DNA from: a virus
Strand: one strand, 5' to 3'
Length of the DNA: 64,000 nt
Virus record (IMG/VR): IMGVR_UViG_3300028908_000008
Location: 5,264 to 69,263 of that record
Part shown: positions 9,610 to 19,272 of the stretch, in pieces
Layout: every line of letters starts with the position of its first letter
How positions within the stretch are numbered: position 1 is the first letter of the stretch
Translations under genes and position numbers: made by a program
The notes under the pieces: generated by a model
What the model was told of the DNA's origin: nothing
Database searches by the model: none
The model's input: only the letters and a program-made list of their open reading frames with translations

Positions 9610-9936
9610 TTAATATTCCCTTACTTCATCTATTTTAATTATATATAGTTCATCATTGTAGTTATGACCTACTTGAAAACTGCCTCGGTTGTACTCTACA
9701 TTGTCAACTTTTTTATTCAAGTAGTCAACTGTAATAGTCGCTTTGGCGATACTATAAGTATCATCTTTTAAATGAGTTTTCACAATAAAATCTGCATAAC
9801 CTATTTTTTTATAATTCCAATTAATCCCCTCATAGATAAAATCTGTCAAGGTTATCAAATCACCCTTTTCGATACCTCTTTTTATAAAATCGTTCATTTC
9901 AGGTATTTTACTCGTACTACTTTTTAATTTAAACAT
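9610..9936 (-). CDS. hypothetical protein
   Basis: 108 aa, behind leader copy 3. Confidence 0.75.
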   Translation of the reverse strand: MFKLKSSTSKIPEMNDFIKRGIEKGDLITLTDFIYEGINWNYKKIGYADFIVKTHLKDDTYSIAKATITVDYLNKKVDNVEYNRGSFQVGHNYNDELYIIKIDEVREY

Positions 9937-9939
9937 TGT

Positions 9940-10026
9940 CTAATCCTTATTTTTTTAATTTCAACCTCTTTTGGTTGATGAAAAGAGTATATACAATAAT
10001 ACCTTAAAAGAATATTAAATATAAGA
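9940..10026 (-). promoter_or_regulatory. Promoter / stem-loop / RBS leader, copy 3
   Basis: Near-identical to 7733-7820. Confidence 0.85.
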
Positions 10027-10040
10027 TATTTTAGAGTATA

Positions 10041-10063
10041 TTTTTGTAAACTTCTAAAGTTAG
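10041..10063 (+). repeat. 23-bp direct repeat TTTTTGTAAACTTCTAAAGTTAG, left copy
   Basis: Identical to 10989-11011. Confidence 0.92.
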
Positions 10064-10096
10064 TTAAAATAAGCTAAAACAACAAGGTTTAAATAA

Positions 10097-11005
10097 ATGA
10101 AATTAGGCATACCATATATGGGAAGCAAAAGAAAAATAGCGAAAGATGTTTTAGATAAGTGTTTAGAACTAGCTCCAGAGACTAAATATTTTTATGATTT
10201 GTTTGGAGGCGGTGGAGCAATCAGCTTTGAAGCACTTCAAAGAGACCAAATTCAAGAAGTATTTTACAATGACTTTAATCCACAAATTGCAACACTTATG
10301 CAAGGATTAAAAGATAATGCTACCCCTAAAGGGCTTTATGAAAAATGGATTAGTAGAGAAGAGTACAAAGATAGACGATATGAAAATTCAATCGAAGGTG
10401 CAATTATAGCTACTTGTTGGAGTTTTGGAAACAATCCTAAAAAGGGGTATTTGTATTCTAAAGCTCTAACACCTCACAAAAAACTTTTACATGAAGTAGT
10501 TGTAAATAAGTCTAAAGAATCTTTACTAAAGTTCAACAAAGAGTTTAATATTAATATCTCTGAATCTGTTTTGAATATTGAACTAGCGAACAATAGACGG
10601 CTAAGAATAGGACGAGAAATCAGACAATTAGCAAAAAGTAGATTAGGGGAGCTTCGACATTTAGAGTCTTTAAATAAACTCCAGCATTTAACATCTTTAA
10701 ATAGACTAAAAGAAATATCTATATTTCCAACTATTACTAACTTAAGTTATGAAGATGTAAAAATCAATACTCCTTCAAATGAAACATTAATTTATCTCGA
10801 CCCACCATACGCAAACACAACTAAATACACTGATATTATTTGTCATGATGAACTACTTAAATGGATTCAAAAATCGAAGTATAAGATAATAGTAAGTTCT
10901 TACGAGTTTGATGGCTTAAAAGAAGTCTACTCTAAAGATGTTAAAACTCCAATGAGCTCCACAAACAACTCAAAACGACAAGAAAAGCTTTTTGTAAACT
11001 TCTAA
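10097..11005 (+). CDS. N6-adenine DNA methyltransferase, D12/Dam-like
   Basis: PYMGSKRK, DLFGGGG, YND, YLDPPY. Confidence 0.9.
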   Translation: MKLGIPYMGSKRKIAKDVLDKCLELAPETKYFYDLFGGGGAISFEALQRDQIQEVFYNDFNPQIATLMQGLKDNATPKGLYEKWISREEYKDRRYENSIEGAIIATCWSFGNNPKKGYLYSKALTPHKKLLHEVVVNKSKESLLKFNKEFNINISESVLNIELANNRRLRIGREIRQLAKSRLGELRHLESLNKLQHLTSLNRLKEISIFPTITNLSYEDVKINTPSNETLIYLDPPYANTTKYTDIICHDELLKWIQKSKYKIIVSSYEFDGLKEVYSKDVKTPMSSTNNSKRQEKLFVNF

Positions 11006-11011
11006 AGTTAG
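10989..11011 (+). repeat. 23-bp direct repeat, right copy (overlaps the methyltransferase stop)
   Basis: Identical to 10041-10063. Confidence 0.92.
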
Positions 11012-11026
11012 AGAGTGCAATACTCT

Positions 11027-14000
11027 CTAGCTACTAACTTGTATACTACTCCCATTTAATCCTCTCACACTATTAAAGAAATCCATCATGTCATTATTAA
11101 CGGCTTTTAGACTAATAACATCTTCTTGTAATTGTTTAAGTTCTTTCACACTCTCTTTATCTACAACTTGTTGAGCGTAAATCTCTCCCCCAAATCTAGC
11201 TTTGTACTCTTCTTGTTTTCGTCTAATTTCAACACCGTCCCTTGAAGTCATATTTAACAAGCCTAGATAATCTTGACCATATTTCATCGCAGATTGAGTA
11301 TCCCCTGCATTGAAGCTTTTCGTATATAATTCTTTAGCATACGATGTTTTTTGTTTAGAGTTCATATAACTATCACTTCCCAAGAAGAAATCGTTTACTT
11401 GTGTAACTCTATCTTTCATAGCTTTATAATCTCTATTATTAGCACTTTTTTGCTCATCTGCAATAAGTTTAGAAAGATTTAATTCTTTTAATCTTTCATT
11501 CATAGCCTTTTTAACTGCATCTAAATTGTTTTTAATTGCGTCACTCTCTTTATTTGTAGCGTCTGCACTACTCTCTCTAAGTTTTGCCAATTCTCTTTCT
11601 GCATCTTTTTGTCTCATAAGTGCTATGTACAGTTCATCTAACTGTTTAATCGTTGTAGCATCTCCATTTGCTACTAATTCATTATAAAAAGCTCCACTTT
11701 TATTTCTAATGTTTTCATAAGTTAGATCGCCAAACCTATCATCTTTGCTTTTTGCACTCTCTACTTTTTGTACAGCATCATTTAAATCTATTTGAGCAAC
11801 TGCAATCTGCCCTGCAAGATCACCTACTCCAAGGGCTTCATGTCTTTTGAAATCTTTTACTACTTGATTGTGAGTCGCTAAAACACTAACAATAACTTCA
11901 TTAACATCTTGTTGGATACTATCTGCATACTCTTGCCATTTATCTTTGATTAAATTTATATCACTATCTAGCAATCGAGGTGTATCCATATTTTGCCAAA
12001 CATACCTTAGACCTTCCGCCGTATTAAGTAACATAGATTCTGCTATCATCTCCGTAAGATTAACAAAGCCGTCTTTTGACGCATGAATAAGAGGCTGAGC
12101 ATAATATCTATATGTGTCTGATATAGATTCATTCATTTGTTCTATAGCATCTTCTAAATTATCAATTTCAAATTGTTTTAGGTCGCTATACATTGTCTTT
12201 TTATTTGTAGATTTGAATATGTAAGTTTTCTTACTTCTTTCAAAGTTAGAGATTTTATCTATATTATCTTGTATAGATTTTATAGTGTCAAAATATCCAT
12301 CTATGAAAATACCCTCTCTTAATATCTCCTTCTTACCTTTTAGACCTCCATAAACACCACCTAGAATAGCACCCGTTAGCGATCCTACTTTTTCACCACC
12401 TTTACTATTACCAAACATTGCACCTACAACACTACCTGCAACACTTCCGTAACTTTCACCCTTTTGGGAATACTTAGATGTATTAGTGTTTTTAACTCCA
12501 AAAGCTTTTTCTAAATCTCCAAACAATGAGGTTATATCTTTACCATCAATTTTTAAATCTTTGAACGCTTCTAAACCTTTTTTATTACTATCTAATATAG
12601 TGCCGATGTCTATAGTTAACTTTTCTGCTAAATCTCCAAGAGTATTAAAGACATTAGAGAATCTGCTATCTATATCCCCAATCATAGTTAACCAAGCTTT
12701 ATGCTCTTTAGCTCTTCGTTCAAGTTCTTTTTTTGCTAAATCTCTATCTTTTTTTGCTCTATCAAACGCTTCTTTTGCATCATTAAAACCTTTTTTAGCA
12801 TCGCCGTTGAACCAAACATTATTAAGTTTTCGTTCCTTTCTTTCAATTTTAGCAATCTCTACTGCCCACAATTTAGCTAGTTTGAGTTTGTCCATGCCTT
12901 GCTTTCTAAAGTTTTCAAACTTTTCTGCTAATACATATCTATCCCAGTTTAAATCTTTTTTTCTTCTTTTGTCATTTAAAGCATCTACGATAGTGTAAGT
13001 ATCTAAAGTGTTTTTGAGATAGTAATCGTTAAAAGCTTTTAGCTCTTTAGCTTTTTTATCTGCTTCTTGTTTTAACTCTCTAGCTTTTTTACTAGCTTTT
13101 GCTTTAGCTTTTTTATCTTCTTCCTCTTTTAGCTTTTTAGCAACTAAAGCAGACTTGATAACTTTGTCATATTCTGCTTTGTCTAGTCGATGATATCTAG
13201 CGTGTTCTTGCGTCAATCTCTTTTTAGTTTTAGTGTACTCTTCATCAAGTTTTGTGAGTAGTTTAGTATTACCTGCATATTTCTTAGTCAACCTATCATG
13301 CTCTACCTCTAAAGAGTTTAGAACTGTTTTGAAAGTAGCATCATCTATTTTTGTGTTGATCGTTACATTTTTATAACTACTATCATTCTCTAAAGTTCTA
13401 TTGTTTAAAGCTGTTCCCTCTAAAGTAGCTTTCATATCTTTTACATTTTTCAAATCTGCTAAAGCTATATTTTTACTAAGTTCAAAAGACTTCCATCGCA
13501 TAGCATCTTCTGCTAAAAATATCTCTTTTTTCTTTCTTGCTACTTCTTCAAGTTTTTTAATTTCAGCATCAGCAGAATTTGTACTATCAAATTGCATACC
13601 ATACGATGTAAAAGCTTTCCCACTAAAAATCTGTTTTGCGTAACTAGCTCCTAGTTCAAAACTTCGCTTAAGCTCTAACATTTTTAATTTTATTTTTGTA
13701 GACAAGTAATCAAATGAGCCGATTATTCTCTCAACATAATACTTAACAAAATTAACAGTGATTGATAAAGCTTTTCCAAAGTTTTCAATCCCTAAACTTG
13801 CTAAGTCCATATATCTATTAATCTTCTCGAGTGTTGAGGTTTCTTCCCCCATATCTACCATGCTATCAACAAATACAGTACCTAAAGCTATCATCGCTAA
13901 TCTTGTTTTACCATAGAGTGCTAACATTTTTTTAAAGAATTTTAGTAATTTAGACCCTGCTACATACCCCGCTGTAAGTGCGAAAAACTCTGCGATAGTT

Positions 14001-15574
14001 GTAGTATGTTGAGATATTAGATTATCACTTTCACTAACTGAATTATTTAAATCTTTAAACCACTCCACTAAGCCTGTACCCTCTAAAGCTAACACCATTT
14101 CATCAAAAGCGTTACTTATGGTGCTTATAGTTTCTTCAAAAATAGCTTTAGTTGTTATACCTGCCTCATACAAAAAGTTCAAAGCACTACCGATAGAGTC
14201 ACTCATAGCGTTTGCAATATTTGTGCCTTCAGTGTCCATTAATAGAGTTATAGAATTTAGATTAGTTTTAATAGCATCAAATAGATTTTTAGTACCTTCA
14301 CCAACCATTGTGGTATATGAATTTTGAAATCTATTTAGTGTACCAGTCATAGATTGTGCAATCTGGTCACCTGCGGGTGCTAATGCTCCAAGCTTTTCAA
14401 GTAAATACTCTATAGCCTCATGAGAATTAGCTTTAAAGCTTTGTAGTTTCTTTGAACTTATACCTAATGTTTTTAAATAACTTCCTAACTCTGTACCTTC
14501 AAAATCTCCACTAATTAAGTTATCTAATGCACTTTTCATCTCATCAGGAGCAATTTTACCTGTAACACTGGAAATGGAAATCAGTTTCGTTAATTGGAGT
14601 ATCTCACTATATACTGCTTTACTAGCTCTGGCTTGAGGTAGAATTACTGAAAATATTTTACTTGTTTCTGCGAGAGTAGTCGGCGTTTCGGCATTTAAAT
14701 CTCGTAAACTTTTAGAAATTTCTAAAATTTCACCTCTAGCTATTCTCCACTTCTCCGCCACAGTAATAGGAATTTTTGTACCATCTTTTTGAAGCTTTAA
14801 GTTTTCTGAAGTTGAAGCCACAATACTTTGACTAACAATATTAATATCTTCCATTGTCTTATTAAAATCAACACCTGCCCCAACAGTTTGCATAAAAACA
14901 AAGTTTAAACTTTTTAAACCATAATAAATAGTAGATATTTGTCTAATTGCATGGACTAAATTATCGTTCATAATTGAAACTCTACTATTTAATTTATGCT
15001 GTTCAATCTTTGCTTTTTTAATTAGTTCAACTTCTTTCAGTCTTGACGCTTGAATACGATTGAAATTATCTGTAATTGCTTTGTTATGAGATTCTCTATC
15101 TCTTGCAATAGCGTCATAAGCCCTTTTATTAGCTTTAATTTGTTGAGTAAGTTTAATTTCTTCGGCTTTTAATTCTCTTTCCAAAAGAATTTTATAATCT
15201 TTTATCTCTTGATTAAATTGAGCCTTTTTAATCCTATTAGCTTCCCTTGCTATCATCCTCTGATGAGCAACCGTGCTAGTAACTTCACCTTTATCATTTA
15301 TGATAGGTTTTGTAATAGCAGATATAGGATTATTAATATCTACATTATTTTTCTGATTTTGTAAATTTTTTATTTTTGTTTGTAGTTCTTTAACTTTTGC
15401 TATGTCTGAATCAATAGCACCTGATAGTAAACCTCGTTTGTCTGCCTTTAGCAATGATAATGAAGTGTTAATCTTATGAGTATCTTCATTTAGTTTGAGC
15501 ATTTGAGCGTCTAATTTTTGAATTATAGGGGATACTTCGTCTACCCCTTGAAAGCGTAATCGTAATTGAGCCAT
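11027..15574 (-). CDS. Tail tape measure protein
   Basis: 1515 aa, helical, A/K/E-rich, with a tape-measure-like N-terminal region and Gly-rich hydrophobic patches. Confidence 0.85.
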   Translation of the reverse strand: MAQLRLRFQGVDEVSPIIQKLDAQMLKLNEDTHKINTSLSLLKADKRGLLSGAIDSDIAKVKELQTKIKNLQNQKNNVDINNPISAITKPIINDKGEVTSTVAHQRMIAREANRIKKAQFNQEIKDYKILLERELKAEEIKLTQQIKANKRAYDAIARDRESHNKAITDNFNRIQASRLKEVELIKKAKIEQHKLNSRVSIMNDNLVHAIRQISTIYYGLKSLNFVFMQTVGAGVDFNKTMEDINIVSQSIVASTSENLKLQKDGTKIPITVAEKWRIARGEILEISKSLRDLNAETPTTLAETSKIFSVILPQARASKAVYSEILQLTKLISISSVTGKIAPDEMKSALDNLISGDFEGTELGSYLKTLGISSKKLQSFKANSHEAIEYLLEKLGALAPAGDQIAQSMTGTLNRFQNSYTTMVGEGTKNLFDAIKTNLNSITLLMDTEGTNIANAMSDSIGSALNFLYEAGITTKAIFEETISTISNAFDEMVLALEGTGLVEWFKDLNNSVSESDNLISQHTTTIAEFFALTAGYVAGSKLLKFFKKMLALYGKTRLAMIALGTVFVDSMVDMGEETSTLEKINRYMDLASLGIENFGKALSITVNFVKYYVERIIGSFDYLSTKIKLKMLELKRSFELGASYAKQIFSGKAFTSYGMQFDSTNSADAEIKKLEEVARKKKEIFLAEDAMRWKSFELSKNIALADLKNVKDMKATLEGTALNNRTLENDSSYKNVTINTKIDDATFKTVLNSLEVEHDRLTKKYAGNTKLLTKLDEEYTKTKKRLTQEHARYHRLDKAEYDKVIKSALVAKKLKEEEDKKAKAKASKKARELKQEADKKAKELKAFNDYYLKNTLDTYTIVDALNDKRRKKDLNWDRYVLAEKFENFRKQGMDKLKLAKLWAVEIAKIERKERKLNNVWFNGDAKKGFNDAKEAFDRAKKDRDLAKKELERRAKEHKAWLTMIGDIDSRFSNVFNTLGDLAEKLTIDIGTILDSNKKGLEAFKDLKIDGKDITSLFGDLEKAFGVKNTNTSKYSQKGESYGSVAGSVVGAMFGNSKGGEKVGSLTGAILGGVYGGLKGKKEILREGIFIDGYFDTIKSIQDNIDKISNFERSKKTYIFKSTNKKTMYSDLKQFEIDNLEDAIEQMNESISDTYRYYAQPLIHASKDGFVNLTEMIAESMLLNTAEGLRYVWQNMDTPRLLDSDINLIKDKWQEYADSIQQDVNEVIVSVLATHNQVVKDFKRHEALGVGDLAGQIAVAQIDLNDAVQKVESAKSKDDRFGDLTYENIRNKSGAFYNELVANGDATTIKQLDELYIALMRQKDAERELAKLRESSADATNKESDAIKNNLDAVKKAMNERLKELNLSKLIADEQKSANNRDYKAMKDRVTQVNDFFLGSDSYMNSKQKTSYAKELYTKSFNAGDTQSAMKYGQDYLGLLNMTSRDGVEIRRKQEEYKARFGGEIYAQQVVDKESVKELKQLQEDVISLKAVNNDMMDFFNSVRGLNGSSIQVSS

Positions 15575-15578
15575 GTTT

Positions 15579-15621
15579 AAACTCCTATTTTTTTTAAATC
15601 ATTATAATAAAATAGGAGTTT
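15579..15621 (-). promoter_or_regulatory. Hairpin covering the tape-measure RBS, with TATAAT in the loop
   Basis: 13-bp arms AAACTCCTATTTT / AAAATAGGAGTTT; minus-strand TATAAT at 15601-15606. Confidence 0.75.
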
Positions 15622-15627
15622 GAGGTG

Positions 15628-16290
15628 TTAAATCAAAGCCCTCGGATCTTTTCCACCGATTTTTTTAAGATATTTCTCATAGGGGTTTAAATTCCTACTT
15701 GCAATTAAAAGACCAGTTTTAGCTATTTGTGTCACTACTTTATTAGCTTTTTCAACATTTGACAACCGCTTTTCTTTATCTTTTGAAGTATCAGCCGTTA
15801 AACATGATTTTCTCACCTTTGTTTTAATTCTTCCATCTTTTGTCGGCTTAAAACTATTTTCACTAAAACCTAACTCCTTAACGATGAAAAGCAAGTCTTT
15901 ATTTGCTTGTAGTAGTTGTTCACTCTCTTTAAATCCAACTCTAATCATCGCTTCCATTTTATCGAAAGCTTTTATATATTCTCGTTGCCACCGATAGGCT
16001 TTACTTCCTGTAAAACCAAGTGCCAAAAAAGTAAAAGCCTCTTTATCTAAGAGATATAATTTTTGTTTTTTATTTTGCTTGTTAACATAATATGAAAGCT
16101 CAAAATTGAGCCGTCCTATTTCAGCGTCAATATCTTTGTTTTTTTCAATCGACATTTCAATATCTCTAATTACATTCTTATGTTGTTTTTCAAACACTTT
16201 TGCAACATCTAAACTTGTTACACTGAAACCATCACTCATCATGCTAAACTCAACTTCTACACCATTAATTGCTACTACTTCATTTTTCAT
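15628..16290 (-). CDS. rha: Rha-family phage regulatory protein
   Basis: VTSLDVAKVFEKQHKNVIRDIE and LALGFTGSKA...YIKAFDKME; start set at the ATG with AAGGA RBS. Confidence 0.9.
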   Translation of the reverse strand: MKNEVVAINGVEVEFSMMSDGFSVTSLDVAKVFEKQHKNVIRDIEMSIEKNKDIDAEIGRLNFELSYYVNKQNKKQKLYLLDKEAFTFLALGFTGSKAYRWQREYIKAFDKMEAMIRVGFKESEQLLQANKDLLFIVKELGFSENSFKPTKDGRIKTKVRKSCLTADTSKDKEKRLSNVEKANKVVTQIAKTGLLIASRNLNPYEKYLKKIGGKDPRALI

Positions 16291-16355
16291 TTTCTCAATC
16301 CTTATTTTTATTATTTTTATATTCAATCTGTTAAAAGAAGACTTTTAAAAGTCCT

Positions 16356-16916
16356 CTAAATCTCTTCTGCTTTTGCTAAAAGCTCTTCAAGATATGCATG
16401 AGTAATATATCTCACATATGAACCCTTAATTGCATCTTGCACTCTATCACTTCTATTAATTTCCCAGCCAGTAATTTGCGGAACATTGCACCCAAAAATT
16501 ATAGCCTTTAGTTCTTCGGCTTCTTTCTTTAGTTCTTCGGCTTCTTCGTTTAACTCTTTTAGATATCTATCTCTCACTTTATTAAAAGCATCTGTCAATA
16601 GCCACCATGCGTTCATTGTTTTTACACAAGTATTATCTAACTCTAATAGACTAAAGACATCTTTATCTATTAGATATGATTTTCTCATTTCGCCGTTTTT
16701 ATCACTATATTTACTTAGTTTAATTACAAAATCAAATGTTTTCGTTACTCTACTATCCATATAATTACTTATTTTTTCAATCTTTTCAATCACATAATCG
16801 TGCTCTTTTCCAAGCACTTTTGCAACATCTAAACTACTAACAGTAAATTTACTATCATCTACTAAACTAAACTCAACATCTACACCATTAATTTCTACTA
16901 ATTCCACTTTTCTCAT
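16356..16916 (-). CDS. rha: Rha-family protein (diverged paralog)
   Basis: VSSLDVAKVLGKEHDYVIEKIE and YSDKNGEMRKSYLIDKD. Confidence 0.8.
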   Translation of the reverse strand: MRKVELVEINGVDVEFSLVDDSKFTVSSLDVAKVLGKEHDYVIEKIEKISNYMDSRVTKTFDFVIKLSKYSDKNGEMRKSYLIDKDVFSLLELDNTCVKTMNAWWLLTDAFNKVRDRYLKELNEEAEELKKEAEELKAIIFGCNVPQITGWEINRSDRVQDAIKGSYVRYITHAYLEELLAKAEEI

Positions 16917-16986
16917 TTTCTAATCCTTGTTTTTATTTTTATTTTTTCTAATCTATTGAAAGAGGACTCCTAAAAGCCTTCTAAAC

Positions 16987-17184
16987 CTAACCTTGATCCT
17001 CTTGCTTAATTTTATTCAACTTATTTTGCGTTTCATTAAAATCTCTTAAGAATTTTCTAACCATTTGAGAAAGTGTTACATCTGCTTTCATTGCATTTTG
17101 ACGGCTTTCATCTCTTAAACTTCTTGGCATTTTTACAGAGAATATAACATCATTCTCAACTGTTTTTTTATTTTCTTTATACAT
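16987..17184 (-). CDS. Ribbon-helix-helix-like DNA-binding protein
   Basis: FSVKMPRSLRDE...TLSQMVRKFLRDF. Confidence 0.7.
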   Translation of the reverse strand: MYKENKKTVENDVIFSVKMPRSLRDESRQNAMKADVTLSQMVRKFLRDFNETQNKLNKIKQEDQG

Positions 17185-17303
17185 TTTGTATGTACTCCTT
17201 ATGTGTTTTGTTGTAGGTGTATAGTAACTAACATATACTTAACATATACTTAAATATATGAGCACTTTTCTTAATCCATTAAAAGAAGACTCCTAAAAGC
17301 CCT

Positions 17304-17591
17304 CTAAACCTCTTTTGCTTCTTCTAAAAACCTATCTAACTTATACGCTGTACTTGTAAGTACCTTAAAGTCTTTACCATCGACTTTTATTCTTTTTAGT
17401 TGTATATATCCATGTTGAATATTTACAATTTTACATTTGCCATATCTTTTATGTGAAAAGATTTTACCTTTCACATCTTTCAATTCACATTCAATTAATG
17501 CCTTTTGAACACTTATAATTTCACTTTTAATCTTACGAAGTTTGGCTTGAAGCACCGCTTCTTTTGCCTTTAATTCTTCAATTCTTTTCAT
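17304..17591 (-). CDS. hypothetical protein
   Basis: 95 aa, paralog of 17588-17827. Confidence 0.75.
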   Translation of the reverse strand: MKRIEELKAKEAVLQAKLRKIKSEIISVQKALIECELKDVKGKIFSHKRYGKCKIVNIQHGYIQLKRIKVDGKDFKVLTSTAYKLDRFLEEAKEV

Positions 17592-17827
17592 TTTTTTCGC
17601 CTTGCTTTACCTATTAATTTTTTCTCAAATTTCTCAACCTCATTTGCTTCTTCTAAAAACTCTTCAAGAGTTTCATAAGTATTTATACTAAATCTCTCTT
17701 TTGTTAAATCTCTAGTTAATTTAACTGTTAAAACCCATTTCCTATTAAGCTCTAAATCGCTTATTTTACAAATACCGTATTTAGGGTGATCGTAAATTTT
17801 CCCCTTTAACTCTTTAATTCTTTTCAT
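17588..17827 (-). CDS. hypothetical chimeric protein
   Basis: Shares segments with both neighbouring genes. Confidence 0.7.
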   Translation of the reverse strand: MKRIKELKGKIYDHPKYGICKISDLELNRKWVLTVKLTRDLTKERFSINTYETLEEFLEEANEVEKFEKKLIGKARRKK

Positions 17828-18033
17828 TTTTTTCGCCTTACTTTACCAATTAATTTTTTCTCAAATTTCTTAACCTCATCTAGTTGTTCATCATTCAAAT
17901 CATAGATCAGCAAATAGTTATGGTAATCGCTTGTTAGCTCTACCTTGAAGTGTGTTTGTATGTTTTTCTCTATGAACTTGATGAAGCTCACAATCTTGAT
18001 CGTACTAAGCGTACGGGTTAAATATGTATTCAT
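17824..18033 (-). CDS. hypothetical protein
   Basis: 69 aa, AAGGA RBS, TATACT upstream. Confidence 0.7.
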   Translation of the reverse strand: MNTYLTRTLSTIKIVSFIKFIEKNIQTHFKVELTSDYHNYLLIYDLNDEQLDEVKKFEKKLIGKVRRKK

Positions 18034-18092
18034 TTTCTTATCCTTGTTTTAAGTTATGATAGGAGTATACACTATCATAACTTTAAGGGAAC

Positions 18093-18923
18093 TTAAAACG
18101 AGTTCCTATAACTTGAAAATTTATCAAGTTGAGGTATTTCTTCTTTACAAATAGGTTCGCCTTCTATTTGCACCCAATCTGCACCATCTCTTTCAAACCA
18201 TATCTTACTAGTCATAGACACTCTTATATAGTGATATCCACATTTTTCACCCTCTAAGATAAACTTCTTAACATGATAACTATCATATAAGATATAAAAG
18301 AGTGCAAATACACCTACAGTGATAATGACTCTTTTAATTAGAGTGTTTATATCTTTTTTGTGTGCTTTTCTACTAGCAATTAAAGACTTATTACACTCTC
18401 TAATTTTGTTATGAGCATCATCTTTATCTTTATTTTCATATCGTTTATTTGACCTATTAAAAACATAATCCCCGTTTTTTGTACGCTTTTTAGGCTTACA
18501 TTCAACATGTGGGTGATGGTGCTTTGGTTTTGGTTTTGGTTTGTGATTGTTATCAGGTTTTTTTATTTTATTATATTTGTTTTTTAATCTCTCCAGTTTT
18601 GCAAAAACTCTATTTTTAGTTTCTGCATCAACTTGGTTAGCAGGAAGTGTGCTAATCCATTTTATTAAATCATCAGGGGAAGTAGTTTTATTCTTCCCTC
18701 CCATGAATTTTGTGTGAAATAATTCTTGATGATAGTAGCCATTTAGCACTATACAATTATCCAAATCAAACGCCCTATCAGGATAAGTTGATTTATCAAA
18801 TATGTGATGACTTTGTAGATTCTCCTTAGAACCAGTTAATTCACACACTTGATATTTTTTCTTACACAAGTTGGACCACTCTTGCAAACTGCTAATTACT
18901 CCATCGCTACCTTTGTTATCCAT
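18093..18923 (-). CDS. HNH endonuclease-domain protein with a C-terminal transmembrane segment
   Basis: CELTG..NLQSHHI..DLDNCIVL..YH..FH; KPKPKP linker; hydrophobic VIITVGVFALFYILY. Confidence 0.75.
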   Translation of the reverse strand: MDNKGSDGVISSLQEWSNLCKKKYQVCELTGSKENLQSHHIFDKSTYPDRAFDLDNCIVLNGYYHQELFHTKFMGGKNKTTSPDDLIKWISTLPANQVDAETKNRVFAKLERLKNKYNKIKKPDNNHKPKPKPKHHHPHVECKPKKRTKNGDYVFNRSNKRYENKDKDDAHNKIRECNKSLIASRKAHKKDINTLIKRVIITVGVFALFYILYDSYHVKKFILEGEKCGYHYIRVSMTSKIWFERDGADWVQIEGEPICKEEIPQLDKFSSYRNSF

Positions 18924-19272
18924 GTTTAAGCTTTCGCATATCTTTACTAAAGCGTCTTTTTAGATAATGCTTTCTTTTATTAAGCTCCCTTGACCTATTA
19001 GTGCCATTATGTCTAGTTCCATAATTTACTAATAGCGTTTTCATGATGTTTAAATTATAAGCATCATTCCCGTTCCACTCATTTAGAGTCTCCAAGTCAA
19101 CCACCCATGAGGGTAATTCTTTATCAAATTTATCTAAGAACAAACTAACCCAAATGATAGTCTCATTCTCTCCAAAATTCCAAATTTTTGGTAGTTTAGT
19201 CAAGTCTCTGAAGTCATCAGGAATAGCGTAAAAACTATTTACGCCCCCGTTATTGCTACCATTCATTATCAT
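18916..19272 (-). CDS. Phage protein, possibly DUF3310-like
   Basis: NNGG..FY.IP and NIMK...RELNK..HY pattern. Confidence 0.5.
   Translation of the reverse strand: MIMNGSNNGGVNSFYAIPDDFRDLTKLPKIWNFGENETIIWVSLFLDKFDKELPSWVVDLETLNEWNGNDAYNLNIMKTLLVNYGTRHNGTNRSRELNKRKHYLKRRFSKDMRKLKHG

Noticed and set aside
12486-14327. Plus-strand ORFs inside the tape measure gene, and similar antisense ORFs elsewhere (e.g. 27653-28066, 21240-21599, 52471-52827, 59092-59466)
   Set aside because: Ser/Phe/Leu-rich shadows of Lys/Glu-rich genes or of promoter regions; no RBS support
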